Shown: positions 1 through 7,945, counted from the stretch's first letter. The stretch: DNA of 24,477 bases from a virus (IMGVR_UViG_3300046028_006624:1-24477); one strand, 5' to 3'. Notes: generated from the sequence alone by a model not told the origin. Numbers and translations: made by a program.

Positions 1-2
1 AC

Positions 3-1316
3 TATGCTTCCACCAGCAATTGGTATTAAACTACCACTTGCTACGGATGCTGATAGGCTTGCACTATAATGATTGTCAATAGCTTGGTAAATTATATGAG
101 ATGAACGATCTAGCACAACCGAATCTGATACCCAAGAGCGGTCAGATTCATAAAGCTGTTCCGAATTTTTCTGAGACCAAATAATATCAGATGGCGTAAG
201 TTCTTGTAATTCATAAGTAGAATTTAAAGTACTTACACTAAGAGGTCTTAATTGGTGTGCTGATGAATTTCCATAATTAGCTGGAACAAAAACGGCACCT
301 AAAACAATTTCATCATCAGGTATAGCTGGTGGTTGTATCATTAAGTAGTCGGACACATCACCAAGAGTAATAAATGTTGTTGTTGTTAATGTAGAAGGTA
401 GGTCTAACTGAACGGTACCAGCGCCTATAGAATTAATTTTATTACCGTATGGCATACCTTCACCAATAACAATATCACCAGGGTTTAAATTAACCTGTGG
501 GTTTACACTTGTTATTGTGGTAGATCCTGCTGCTAAAGTTCCATAAAACCCTAATTGATTTCCAAAGGTATCAACTGATATTGCAAATTGCCCACTGATT
601 ACCGTTCCTGTGCTTGATGCTGATAAATCAACTCCGTAATCATATACTGCGGTTGCAGTTACCCCTGCCGCTAATCCAGGGCCTGTGATTGTATCACCAA
701 CATTTATTCCGCTGACAGTTCCTGTTCCTAATGTAAATGCTAATGTTGTACTTGCTGTATTATTTCCTAAGAAAGTTACAGGTCTGCCAACTGGATATAA
801 GTTACCTTTATGAATGTTTACTGCACCACGATATTCAGTATTTCCTAATCCTGGGTTTGTTGCAGTATTAGGATAATCACCCTTAAACGTAATAACGTCA
901 TATCTTCCCAATGATAAATTAGGATTAGGATCTATTTGTAAATCTCCAAGAGCGGCTGAAGTTTGGTGCCAATAAGTTTTACCTTGGATACGTGCATTAC
1001 CGCTATCAACAGATAACCATAATCCACCTCCAGAAATTCCAGCGTCAGGTTTTCTAACAATCAAGCCACTTAAGATTGCTTTCTGTGCATTCAGTTCTAA
1101 AATCTCATGACCGTCATTACTATAAGCACGTCCTAGTGTAAGATCAATAATTTCTTCCGCTTTGTATATAGTGGATTCATCAAAATCTCCAGGATTATCA
1201 ATATGATTAGTTCCAGGTATAGCCGCATTTGGACGATACCAGGTAGATGTCGCAGAATTGTAGAATTTGGCAATTCTTCTAACGAACGATGTAATAAGAT
1301 TTGTTTTGTTGCTCAC
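3..1316 (-). CDS. Putative virion structural / tail-fibre-like protein, 3'-truncated at the window edge (>=438 aa)
   Basis: Absent from the ORF track because it has no stop in the window. A GTG at 1316 lies just after the TAA (1318-1320) of the upstream gene. The frame stays open to the left edge: MSNKTNLITSFVRRIAKFYNSATSTWYRPNAAIPG...SGINVGDTITGPGLAAG...LNPGDIVIGEGMPYGNKINSIGAG...LIPIAGGSI. It is Gly/Thr/Ser-rich and beta-like. Confidence 0.75.
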   Translation of the reverse strand, partial: MSNKTNLITSFVRRIAKFYNSATSTWYRPNAAIPGTNHIDNPGDFDESTIYKAEEIIDLTLGRAYSNDGHEILELNAQKAILSGLIVRKPDAGISGGGLWLSVDSGNARIQGKTYWHQTSAALGDLQIDPNPNLSLGRYDVITFKGDYPNTATNPGLGNTEYRGAVNIHKGNLYPVGRPVTFLGNNTASTTLAFTLGTGTVSGINVGDTITGPGLAAGVTATAVYDYGVDLSASSTGTVISGQFAISVDTFGNQLGFYGTLAAGSTTITSVNPQVNLNPGDIVIGEGMPYGNKINSIGAGTVQLDLPSTLTTTTFITLGDVSDYLMIQPPAIPDDEIVLGAVFVPANYGNSSAHQLRPLSVSTLNSTYELQELTPSDIIWSQKNSEQLYESDRSWVSDSVVLDRSSHIIYQAIDNHYSASLSASVASGSLIPIAGGSI

Positions 1317-1317
1317 T

Positions 1318-1734
1318 TTAGTTTCTTATTGCTTTTTTATTTAGTGCATCTCTTAACACGGCAGCGTTTTCATAATCTTCACTTTCAACAGCTTTTTCTA
1401 AAGCTTTTTCTAAAGCCTGTTTAGATTTTTTGTCTTCTTCAAAAACAAATTCTGCTAAACGGAAAATTACGCGTATGTCACCGATGTCACTATCTTCACG
1501 ATCCCAGAAGATTATCCAGCTTCCGTGGGAAATGTAATGTAAGTCTTCGGTCATCATGTGAGAAAATATACTTCTTAACTCATCTCGAAGTTCTGCTACC
1601 GACGGTAGCCTTTTATGAGTTTCCTTATCATCTTCAATTTCCCAAAGGATATTGTTGTTTTTATGATAGCTTTTGATTTTTCGCCAGTCTATACTTTGAA
1701 TAACTCTTTCCGAAGCTGAAACACGATGATTCAT
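1318..1734 (-). CDS. UVR (UvrB/UvrC) coiled-coil motif protein
   Basis: The C-terminal ALEKALEKAVESEDYENAAVLRDALNK matches the UVR motif pattern (L...A...EDYE.AA.LRD). A GATATATA motif lies upstream. Confidence 0.8.
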   Translation of the reverse strand: MNHRVSASERVIQSIDWRKIKSYHKNNNILWEIEDDKETHKRLPSVAELRDELRSIFSHMMTEDLHYISHGSWIIFWDREDSDIGDIRVIFRLAEFVFEEDKKSKQALEKALEKAVESEDYENAAVLRDALNKKAIRN

Positions 1735-1753
1735 GACACAACACTATTTTTAC

Positions 1754-1761
1754 TATATATC
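1754..1761 (-). promoter_or_regulatory. GATATATA candidate late-promoter motif
   Basis: Exact motif ~20 nt upstream of the ATG at 1734; recurs upstream of other genes. Confidence 0.65.
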
Positions 1762-1808
1762 AATATAGAAGTCTGTATGAAAACAATAAAAGGTAAAGGT
1801 AAAGCTGC

Positions 1809-2126
1809 TTATATGCGCTCAGAAGTTGAAATCCCCATTACCTGGGTTTCAACAGAATTAGGGCCAACATCACAAAGCTTATTTATTTTCAAATAATAAA
1901 TTGCTCCTTCAACTAAAGAAGTTGCGGGAAACTTTACAGTTTGCCCCGTGACAGTTTCAACTGTTAGCCAAGATGATGGGCTCCAGTTAAAAATATGTAA
2001 ACCTACTATGTATGGTTCATCAAGATGTATGACATCCTGACCGGGTATTAGGTTAACCGGTTTTACGCCACCGTCTCTAAAAAATATATCAGAGATAGGG
2101 TAATATTTAGATGCAATAATTGCCAT
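1809..2126 (-). CDS. Hypothetical protein (possibly virion-associated)
   Basis: 105-aa ORF, tightly packed and co-oriented with its neighbours; no recognised motif. Confidence 0.7.
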   Translation of the reverse strand: MAIIASKYYPISDIFFRDGGVKPVNLIPGQDVIHLDEPYIVGLHIFNWSPSSWLTVETVTGQTVKFPATSLVEGAIYYLKINKLCDVGPNSVETQVMGISTSERI

Positions 2127-2138
2127 AATTCATTAGTA

Positions 2139-3263
2139 TTATCTGCCAATCATATATCTTACAGGTATATCAAAGGCATGTGGGTTTTTAAGTATAATAG
2201 TTTCTATAAAGCAACGGTCAGCGTCTTCAATGTCAGTAGCGCCTGATAAGAATAAGAAATCTCCAATGTTTCTCCATCTAGGTGTTGCAGGACCATATAC
2301 ATTTGACATTAGTTCTCCATCGTATGCTACATTAACTGGAGCATCAAGTTGAATGTCTTTACCGTTTAAATATTCTATGTTAGCTCTAAATGGAACTCCG
2401 TTGTCAACTTTTATTAAAGTGTTAACTCCAAAGTGATATCCAATATGATCTGTTACTGCTGTATAGTCCCATTCACAATTAACGCTAGTAGAACCTGCTG
2501 CAAGTATAACATTAGTACCAGGATTATTTACCTCATCATATTCTCCACGATTAACATATTGGAAAAACTTTTGATTAGATTTCATATCACCTGAAGTATT
2601 TGCACAACCACAAGTGGTAACGTCTACTTTACTATAATCAGGGAAAATTAAAATATACTTAATTCTGCCTTTAGGGTATTTTGTGTAAGGCACAAGTAAA
2701 GTACCAGGAGATATTAAATCAACGGCACCCGTGTCAAATGCAAATACATGACGTAGTTTTACGTTTCTTGTAATTGATCGTGCGGTTAATATACCTGTTG
2801 ATAATGATGTAGATGCATCAAAAGTGACTTTAGATTTGATTACAGTAGAATTACCATAGGCAGTAGTTAAAGCGGTTGGAAAGTCACTATAGTCAGGATC
2901 ATTTATATCAATAGTAAATGATAAAGATTCTAAGAAGTTTAAGTTCTCATCATATAATGAATAATCATGAGATGTCCCATCATCAAAAATGTTTGGGTTA
3001 GATACAAGTAATGCGTCAAAGCTAAACTGCTCATTAAGAGGACCGTATTCAGCAATATCATCAATGTTAATTAAACGTTCTGTTCCTCCTTTAAGAGTTA
3101 ATGTTCCTTCTGTGTGTTCAGCTATCGGAATGTATAAATTGTTAAGGTCTAAAGCGGCAAGTTTATTTACCCCTTTTACAACACTTGCTAATTTACATTC
3201 AGAAATTCTAAATGCAAGGATTGACCAATCTGGTGGACAAACAATAGGTGGTTTAAGTGACAT
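2139..3263 (-). CDS. Hypothetical protein, probable virion structural protein
   Basis: 374-aa acidic, beta-rich ORF with an ATG start, co-oriented with the structural genes. Confidence 0.7.
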   Translation of the reverse strand: MSLKPPIVCPPDWSILAFRISECKLASVVKGVNKLAALDLNNLYIPIAEHTEGTLTLKGGTERLINIDDIAEYGPLNEQFSFDALLVSNPNIFDDGTSHDYSLYDENLNFLESLSFTIDINDPDYSDFPTALTTAYGNSTVIKSKVTFDASTSLSTGILTARSITRNVKLRHVFAFDTGAVDLISPGTLLVPYTKYPKGRIKYILIFPDYSKVDVTTCGCANTSGDMKSNQKFFQYVNRGEYDEVNNPGTNVILAAGSTSVNCEWDYTAVTDHIGYHFGVNTLIKVDNGVPFRANIEYLNGKDIQLDAPVNVAYDGELMSNVYGPATPRWRNIGDFLFLSGATDIEDADRCFIETIILKNPHAFDIPVRYMIGR

Positions 3264-3366
3264 TATATTGTGTGATCTTTTTACGCATTAACTCCAGGAC
3301 GAACCTGTGGATTAACTTTCTTTTTTGCTTTTGGTGTTGGTGTGTAATCTAAATCAAAGTAAGAGT

Positions 3367-4236
3367 TTAAATCAAACTTTTTTTTTCACCACCATTTATA
3401 TTATCTATTTCCGAAGATTCTTCAAATTCTTTAAGAATCTCTTCTTGATTTACTGGAGCTATAGTTGCGGGTAGCTTTTTAGCTTCCTTAACTGCATCTT
3501 GATGCACAGCTGTAAAATTATTAGAATCTTCTAAATGCGCAACAAGTTCAGCTTCCTTTTCAGGTGAAACGTCAAGACCGTGCATTTCCAAAGCATCTTC
3601 AATAAATGGAAGATCTGGTGTTTCTTCTAAACGATATTTTGAATTAGCAAGAGCTGTTGGCTCTTCACCTTCTTGTTCGTATGTTGGAAGTTTGCCTTCT
3701 TCTTTTAATTCTTTAACAATTTTACCAACTCTTTTTTGTTCTGCTTTTAAATCAGACGGAGTTTCAGGTAGTTGCTCATGTATGTTTACATCGTCTTCAA
3801 TAGCTGGGCGAATGTAATCAACAAGTGACTTAATAAAACCTAAAGCAACAAGTGGTAAGATTGCTCCACTTATAATAGAAAGGACTCTTTTTTGGTAAAG
3901 AGGATCTTCATCAACAAGACCAAATAGTTCTACCCAAGATTGGTAGTCCTGTAAATTGGTAAATGCGTAATAAGTATTACCCATCATTTGCATACAAGTT
4001 AAAATAATGAATAAGCCCCAAACTAGAGACTTATTCATTTTATCTAATACTATAAGAGATGCAAGAGATGCGGCTGCTCCAATTTCAAACGCAATCGCTA
4101 ATGAAATAGAAAGCCATTGTGGATTTGATAAACTGAAGAACTCAATAACGTGAATGGTTGAAATAACACTCACGATTAGATACAAACTTACAAAGGTTGT
4201 AATTATGAATCCATGTAGTAATTTATCTTTTTTCAC
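3367..4236 (-). CDS. Multi-pass (about 4 TM) membrane protein with acidic C-terminal tail; a -1 frameshifted isoform may extend to 3281
   Basis: Hydrophobic segments: FIITTFVSLYLIVSVISTI, WLSISLAIAFEIGAAASLASLIVL, LVWGLFIILTCMQM and VLSIISGAILPLVALGFI. The likely start is the GTG at 4236 overlapping the end of the upstream gene, rather than 4287. Confidence 0.75.
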   Translation of the reverse strand: MKKDKLLHGFIITTFVSLYLIVSVISTIHVIEFFSLSNPQWLSISLAIAFEIGAAASLASLIVLDKMNKSLVWGLFIILTCMQMMGNTYYAFTNLQDYQSWVELFGLVDEDPLYQKRVLSIISGAILPLVALGFIKSLVDYIRPAIEDDVNIHEQLPETPSDLKAEQKRVGKIVKELKEEGKLPTYEQEGEEPTALANSKYRLEETPDLPFIEDALEMHGLDVSPEKEAELVAHLEDSNNFTAVHQDAVKEAKKLPATIAPVNQEEILKEFEESSEIDNINGGEKKSLI

Positions 4237-4513
4237 TTTCAAGTTTAGTAATTTCAGCGTCAATCGCGGTTTGACGATTAACATCAAGGATTTTACGGTC
4301 AGTAGATTGTATCATACGCTTTTCAGCCTTTAAACCTTCTATCTGTAAATCCTTTTGAGATGCACAAGAATCAAGTCTTGTCTCTATTTTGTCAAGTCTT
4401 TTGTTAATACTTTTAACATCACCTGAACCACATGTATTCACAAAGATTGCTATCAATAAGATGATAGCAATCTGTTGAAAACGTTTATCGAGTAATTCGT
4501 TTATTTTGTTCAT
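4223..4513 (-). CDS. Small membrane-anchored or lipoprotein-like coiled-coil protein
   Basis: Basic N-terminus, hydrophobic stretch IAIILLIAIFV, then NTC-GSG (possible lipidated Cys), then a heptad-rich helix. Confidence 0.7.
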   Translation of the reverse strand: MNKINELLDKRFQQIAIILLIAIFVNTCGSGDVKSINKRLDKIETRLDSCASQKDLQIEGLKAEKRMIQSTDRKILDVNRQTAIDAEITKLESEKR

Positions 4514-4515
4514 TT

Positions 4516-5073
4516 TTATTGTGCTTCTGTTTCAGCGGCAATTTCAGCAATAAGTTGATCTTCATATTCTGATACTGCTCCTTGGTCAATAGCATTTTGT
4601 ACTTGACCTAAATCTCTTTCCAATTGATCTTTCTTTTCTTTATCTTGTTTAGCGCGAGATAAAGCATCTGTCACAGGTTTTAAGATTGTGTTAAAGTAAT
4701 GTAATGCTGAACTTAATCCTACACCAGTTTCTTTTGATAAGAAATAGTAAATAGCTTCAAGAGCTAATGTAGATAACATGATTTCTTTACGTTTCCCAGT
4801 CTCAAGATCTTTGATGATAACATCAAGTTGCTTTCTTGTTTCAATGATTCCCATTGATTCTGAGAAATTCCATTTAGCATCATTAGTGATAAAGTCATGT
4901 ATAGCCTTAGCTGTTACAATCTGTCCTTCAACAAGATACGTTTTTGTTTCTAATTCTGCGCGGAAATCATTTAATTTCTTTTCAAGATCCGCTGCAAGTT
5001 TTTGTCTTTGTTCTAATTTCCCGTCAATATCAACAGGTGCTTTCTCAATAGTAAGAGTTGCTTCTTTTGTCAT
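4516..5073 (-). CDS. Hypothetical coiled-coil protein
   Basis: 185 aa, helical and K/E/Q-rich; GATATATA lies ~20 nt upstream. Confidence 0.75.
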   Translation of the reverse strand: MTKEATLTIEKAPVDIDGKLEQRQKLAADLEKKLNDFRAELETKTYLVEGQIVTAKAIHDFITNDAKWNFSESMGIIETRKQLDVIIKDLETGKRKEIMLSTLALEAIYYFLSKETGVGLSSALHYFNTILKPVTDALSRAKQDKEKKDQLERDLGQVQNAIDQGAVSEYEDQLIAEIAAETEAQ

Positions 5074-5093
5074 GGTTTTTGTTTTTCTTAATT

Positions 5094-5101
5094 TATATAT
5101 C
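5094..5101 (-). promoter_or_regulatory. GATATATA candidate late-promoter motif
   Basis: Exact motif in the short intergenic gap before the ATG at 5073. Confidence 0.65.
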
Positions 5102-5110
5102 TTGGTGAAT

Positions 5111-5566
5111 TTAGATTAGCGTTTTGCATAATTCTATAGCCCAGTTAATTGCATTTGTGATATCCGAACGGAATATCAGTATAAGCGTAAGATAGAAAGT
5201 ATTTAAAACTACTTTCCATATAGATAAGTATTTAAAGATAGGATAATACACAATAAGATAAGAGTCAGAGTCAGGAATCTTTTCGCCTGAAACTGCGACC
5301 GCTTCGCTTAATCCCATTGTATCAATAAACTTGTGGCAAGGAATCATTCGCTCACCAAGTTTGATGTCAAGCATTTGTTTATCATCACCAGCATCAGCAG
5401 GGTTTGGATTAAACACGGTATAGATTCTACCAACCCAATCAACTCGTAAGTTAAATCTTTCCCAATCCGGGGTGCCGCGGTACTTAAGAATAGCCATTCT
5501 AAGGTGCATGTAATTTTTTACGTCCTTTAGAATGTTTTTTAAATTTCTGAATCTGAATAGTTTCAT
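5111..5566 (-). CDS. Hypothetical protein with a C-terminal transmembrane segment
   Basis: The ATG is 1 nt after the sigma stop codon. Hydrophobic IWKVVLNTFYLTLILIF lies near the C-terminus. Confidence 0.75.
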   Translation of the reverse strand: MKLFRFRNLKNILKDVKNYMHLRMAILKYRGTPDWERFNLRVDWVGRIYTVFNPNPADAGDDKQMLDIKLGERMIPCHKFIDTMGLSEAVAVSGEKIPDSDSYLIVYYPIFKYLSIWKVVLNTFYLTLILIFRSDITNAINWAIELCKTLI

Positions 5567-5567
5567 A

Positions 5568-6218
5568 TTATGATATTTCTTGATTGTATAGTTTAACTAA
5601 ATTAGGGTCTTTCTTTAAAAGACTAGCCCTAACAAGTTCACGAGCTTTACGAATACGAGTTCTAACAGTATTATGTTTCCAACCAAGTTGGTCAGCAATT
5701 TCTTCGTATTTCATTTTATCAATTTCACGAAGTGTTAAAACGGTTTTGTATAAATCTGGAAGATTTCCAATTTCTTCAACTGCCATATCATATAGCAAAT
5801 CAACGGGATGATCTTCATCAGATAAGAAAGCATCAGATTCAGTAATAGGACCTTTAGCTTCCATGTTTATACCCATCTCTTGCATAGCATCGTATGAATA
5901 TGTTTTCTTTTTACTTCTGAAAAACAGAAGAGCCTCATTTCGAGCAATACGATAAACCCAAGTACTGAAATTCCAATACGGATCATATTGATGAATCTTT
6001 TGCCAAACTTTAGCAAAGGCTGTTGCAATAACCTCATTTCGGTCATCTTGATTAGGAACCAATTCTCTCAAGTAATATGAGATGCTTGGCTTTAAGCGAT
6101 GATACACATCAGTAAAATCCCTTTCGGATCTTGACTCAAAAAATGCTAATCCCATTTCTTGAAGTGATTTCGGTTTAGTTGACATAGATGGCTGTTGAGA
6201 ATTTTTAGTTAGTGACAT
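5568..6218 (-). CDS. ECF-type (sigma-70 group 4) RNA polymerase sigma factor
   Basis: Region 2 (AFAKVWQKIHQYDPYWNFSTWVYRIARNEAL) and region 4 HTH (LPDLYKTVLTLREIDKMKYEEIADQLGWKHNTVRTRIRKARELVR) are typical of RpoE/SigW-like factors. Confidence 0.92.
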   Translation of the reverse strand: MSLTKNSQQPSMSTKPKSLQEMGLAFFESRSERDFTDVYHRLKPSISYYLRELVPNQDDRNEVIATAFAKVWQKIHQYDPYWNFSTWVYRIARNEALLFFRSKKKTYSYDAMQEMGINMEAKGPITESDAFLSDEDHPVDLLYDMAVEEIGNLPDLYKTVLTLREIDKMKYEEIADQLGWKHNTVRTRIRKARELVRASLLKKDPNLVKLYNQEIS

Positions 6219-6250
6219 AGATACTGTTAAGTTAGTTATTATTTATTTTA

Positions 6251-6258
6251 CAAATATA
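6251..6258 (-). promoter_or_regulatory. Bacteroidetes housekeeping-sigma -7 box (TAnnTTTG)
   Basis: TATATTTG on the minus strand, 32 nt upstream of the sigma ATG. A TTTG lies 24 nt further upstream, slightly longer than the usual -33 spacing. Confidence 0.55.
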
Positions 6259-6302
6259 ATAAATTTATTGTGAAATAAAAAACAAATAGGGATAAAGTTA
6301 TT

Positions 6303-6347
6303 AACAACTTTAAGCAGGGTAGAATTGCTTCTATCCTGCAAGTTGTT
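6303..6347 (-). terminator. Long GCAA-tetraloop hairpin (terminator or RNA-processing site)
   Basis: The minus strand reads AACAACTT-GCAGGATAGAA-GCAA-TTCTACCCTGC-(TTA)-AAGTTGTT, just after the stop at 6357. There is no long U tract. Confidence 0.6.
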
Positions 6348-6356
6348 TAAGATAAA

Positions 6357-6782
6357 TTAGTTTGCTTGTTCTGGTTCTCCAGAAATTCCGTCAAATCCTG
6401 GATCTTTGCAATCTTCAGGCTGCGATTCACTTATGTAATCGGTTTGGTCAGGATCCGCCATTGCAGCTTTTAACAAATCATCTCCAGATGGAATTTCATC
6501 TGTAGGTATTGGACCATTCCAAGCTTTCTTTACAGGCTCATTTTCTAAAGGCTCAGTTAATTCTTGAGTAACGATAAACGGTAATTTGCTAAATAATTCA
6601 GCAACCTCAGTGTAAGCAAATTCTCCAAGGAATTGCACAAGTTGGTTTAACTCAGTTTCAGAAAATGTAAAACCTTCACGGTTAATCAAATTCATAAATG
6701 GAAATACTTGAGTAAATTTCTTAGTGTTTAAGATGTCTGTTACTCTCTGTTTGAACTCGGGAGTTACTACGTAATTTTGCAT
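6357..6782 (-). CDS. Hypothetical protein with an acidic, disordered C-terminal tail
   Basis: 141-aa ORF with a helical N-terminal half and a D/E/P-rich C-terminal half; GATATATA lies upstream. Confidence 0.75.
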   Translation of the reverse strand: MQNYVVTPEFKQRVTDILNTKKFTQVFPFMNLINREGFTFSETELNQLVQFLGEFAYTEVAELFSKLPFIVTQELTEPLENEPVKKAWNGPIPTDEIPSGDDLLKAAMADPDQTDYISESQPEDCKDPGFDGISGEPEQAN

Positions 6783-6803
6783 ATGTCTATTTTATTTATA
6801 GTT

Positions 6804-6811
6804 TATATATC
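6804..6811 (-). promoter_or_regulatory. GATATATA candidate late-promoter motif
   Basis: Exact motif ~21 nt upstream of the ATG at 6782. Confidence 0.65.
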
Positions 6812-6822
6812 ATTATAGTTCA

Positions 6823-7359
6823 TTAGTTCTTGAAATCTGAAAAAAGTTTAGATAAAAATCTAAATTTATCAGTCATGCGATAATCCATTGCTAAATCCCA
6901 ATCTTCAGTTTTAATATAGTCAGCAAAGTCTTTATCATCGGTTTTCATTCGACGGCTAACTTCTATAGGATCATCACCACGTTTTAATGATCTGTCTAAT
7001 CGCACTTCATCAGGTGTGTGCATAAAAATAATAACCAGGTTTTCTCTGCCAACGGCATGAATAAGTTTTTCTAGGCCTCTTGGTGTTAAAATAAGAAGAT
7101 CACAATTCTTATAATCACTTTTTGTTAAACCGTAATACCAATCATTAAATTCGTCCCATTCAACAAACTGCTCATTAGCTCTTAACTTTTCAAAGTAATC
7201 ACGAGTCACAAACCTATAACTGATGTCAGGTATTTCGTTATGGCGGATTGGTCTTGATGTAGTTGATAATGCAGGACGACAACCATTTTCTTGTAACATT
7301 GTTGCCAGCTCAGTTTTACCCGAGCAAGATTTTCCAATAAGGACTATTTTCTTTTGCAT
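6823..7359 (-). CDS. gmk: Guanylate kinase-like nucleoside monophosphate kinase
   Basis: P-loop GKSCSGKT, STTSRPIRHNE..D.SYRFV, FVEWDEFNDWYYG and the lid region R..KRGD.......RR match the guanylate kinase family. Confidence 0.88.
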   Translation of the reverse strand: MQKKIVLIGKSCSGKTELATMLQENGCRPALSTTSRPIRHNEIPDISYRFVTRDYFEKLRANEQFVEWDEFNDWYYGLTKSDYKNCDLLILTPRGLEKLIHAVGRENLVIIFMHTPDEVRLDRSLKRGDDPIEVSRRMKTDDKDFADYIKTEDWDLAMDYRMTDKFRFLSKLFSDFKN

Positions 7360-7580
7360 AAGATAGACATAAACCCAAGGTAAATAACCACGGTTTCTAA
7401 AAAGTTAAACGGAGTGTAATTAAATTTAGTTAGTGTTAACCAAATTGTGCCATAGAAGGCTAAGAATTTTGCAACAAATAATAGTAAGAAGGAAAAACGA
7501 TTAGGTCTTTCGTCTCCATCTCCTGATTTCTCATCAGCTATTTTTTGTCTTAATAGATTTGTTTTTTCAAAGTCAATCAT
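7344..7580 (-). CDS. Small two-TM membrane protein
   Basis: Hydrophobic FSFLLLFVAKFLAFYGTIWLTL and FLETVVIYLGFMSIL; overlaps the kinase start. Confidence 0.7.
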   Translation of the reverse strand: MIDFEKTNLLRQKIADEKSGDGDERPNRFSFLLLFVAKFLAFYGTIWLTLTKFNYTPFNFLETVVIYLGFMSILCKRK

Positions 7581-7660
7581 ATACGGTTATTTTTGTAGAT
7601 TATATTCTACGGATTAAATAAAGTTCTTTACAGTTATATAGAAGACATTTGCGGACATAC

Positions 7661-7689
7661 AAAAAAATGTATGATAATTACCATACATT
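7661..7689 (-). terminator. Rho-independent terminator
   Basis: The minus strand reads AATGTATGGT-AATT-ATCATACATT followed by a T run, downstream of the stop at 7715. Confidence 0.7.
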
Positions 7690-7714
7690 AATTTCTATAA
7701 TAGATTAGAAGTAC

Positions 7715-7945
7715 TTAATCTTCATCTTGTTCGTCAGGTGTTTGACCTTTACTATCAGGCAGTTCTTTATTAGAACTTGCAATCCTTGGTTCAAAGAATG
7801 ACTTCTGATTATCAAATGCTTTCTTAAACATATAGAATCCAGTGTCACCGGGCGCAGGCTGAACTAAATACTTAGGTGCTTTGTATTCTGCGGTATCTGC
7901 TTCAAATGTAGCAAAGTCTGGTGTATTATTTATCTTCTTTGACAT
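7715..7945 (-). CDS. Hypothetical protein
   Basis: 76-aa ORF overlapping the end of the upstream gene and followed by a terminator. Confidence 0.7.
   Translation of the reverse strand: MSKKINNTPDFATFEADTAEYKAPKYLVQPAPGDTGFYMFKKAFDNQKSFFEPRIASSNKELPDSKGQTPDEQDED

Noticed and set aside
4237-4287. Upstream start of the 4-TM membrane protein
   Set aside because: It would overlap the previous gene by 65 nt; the GTG at 4236 gives a typical short overlap.
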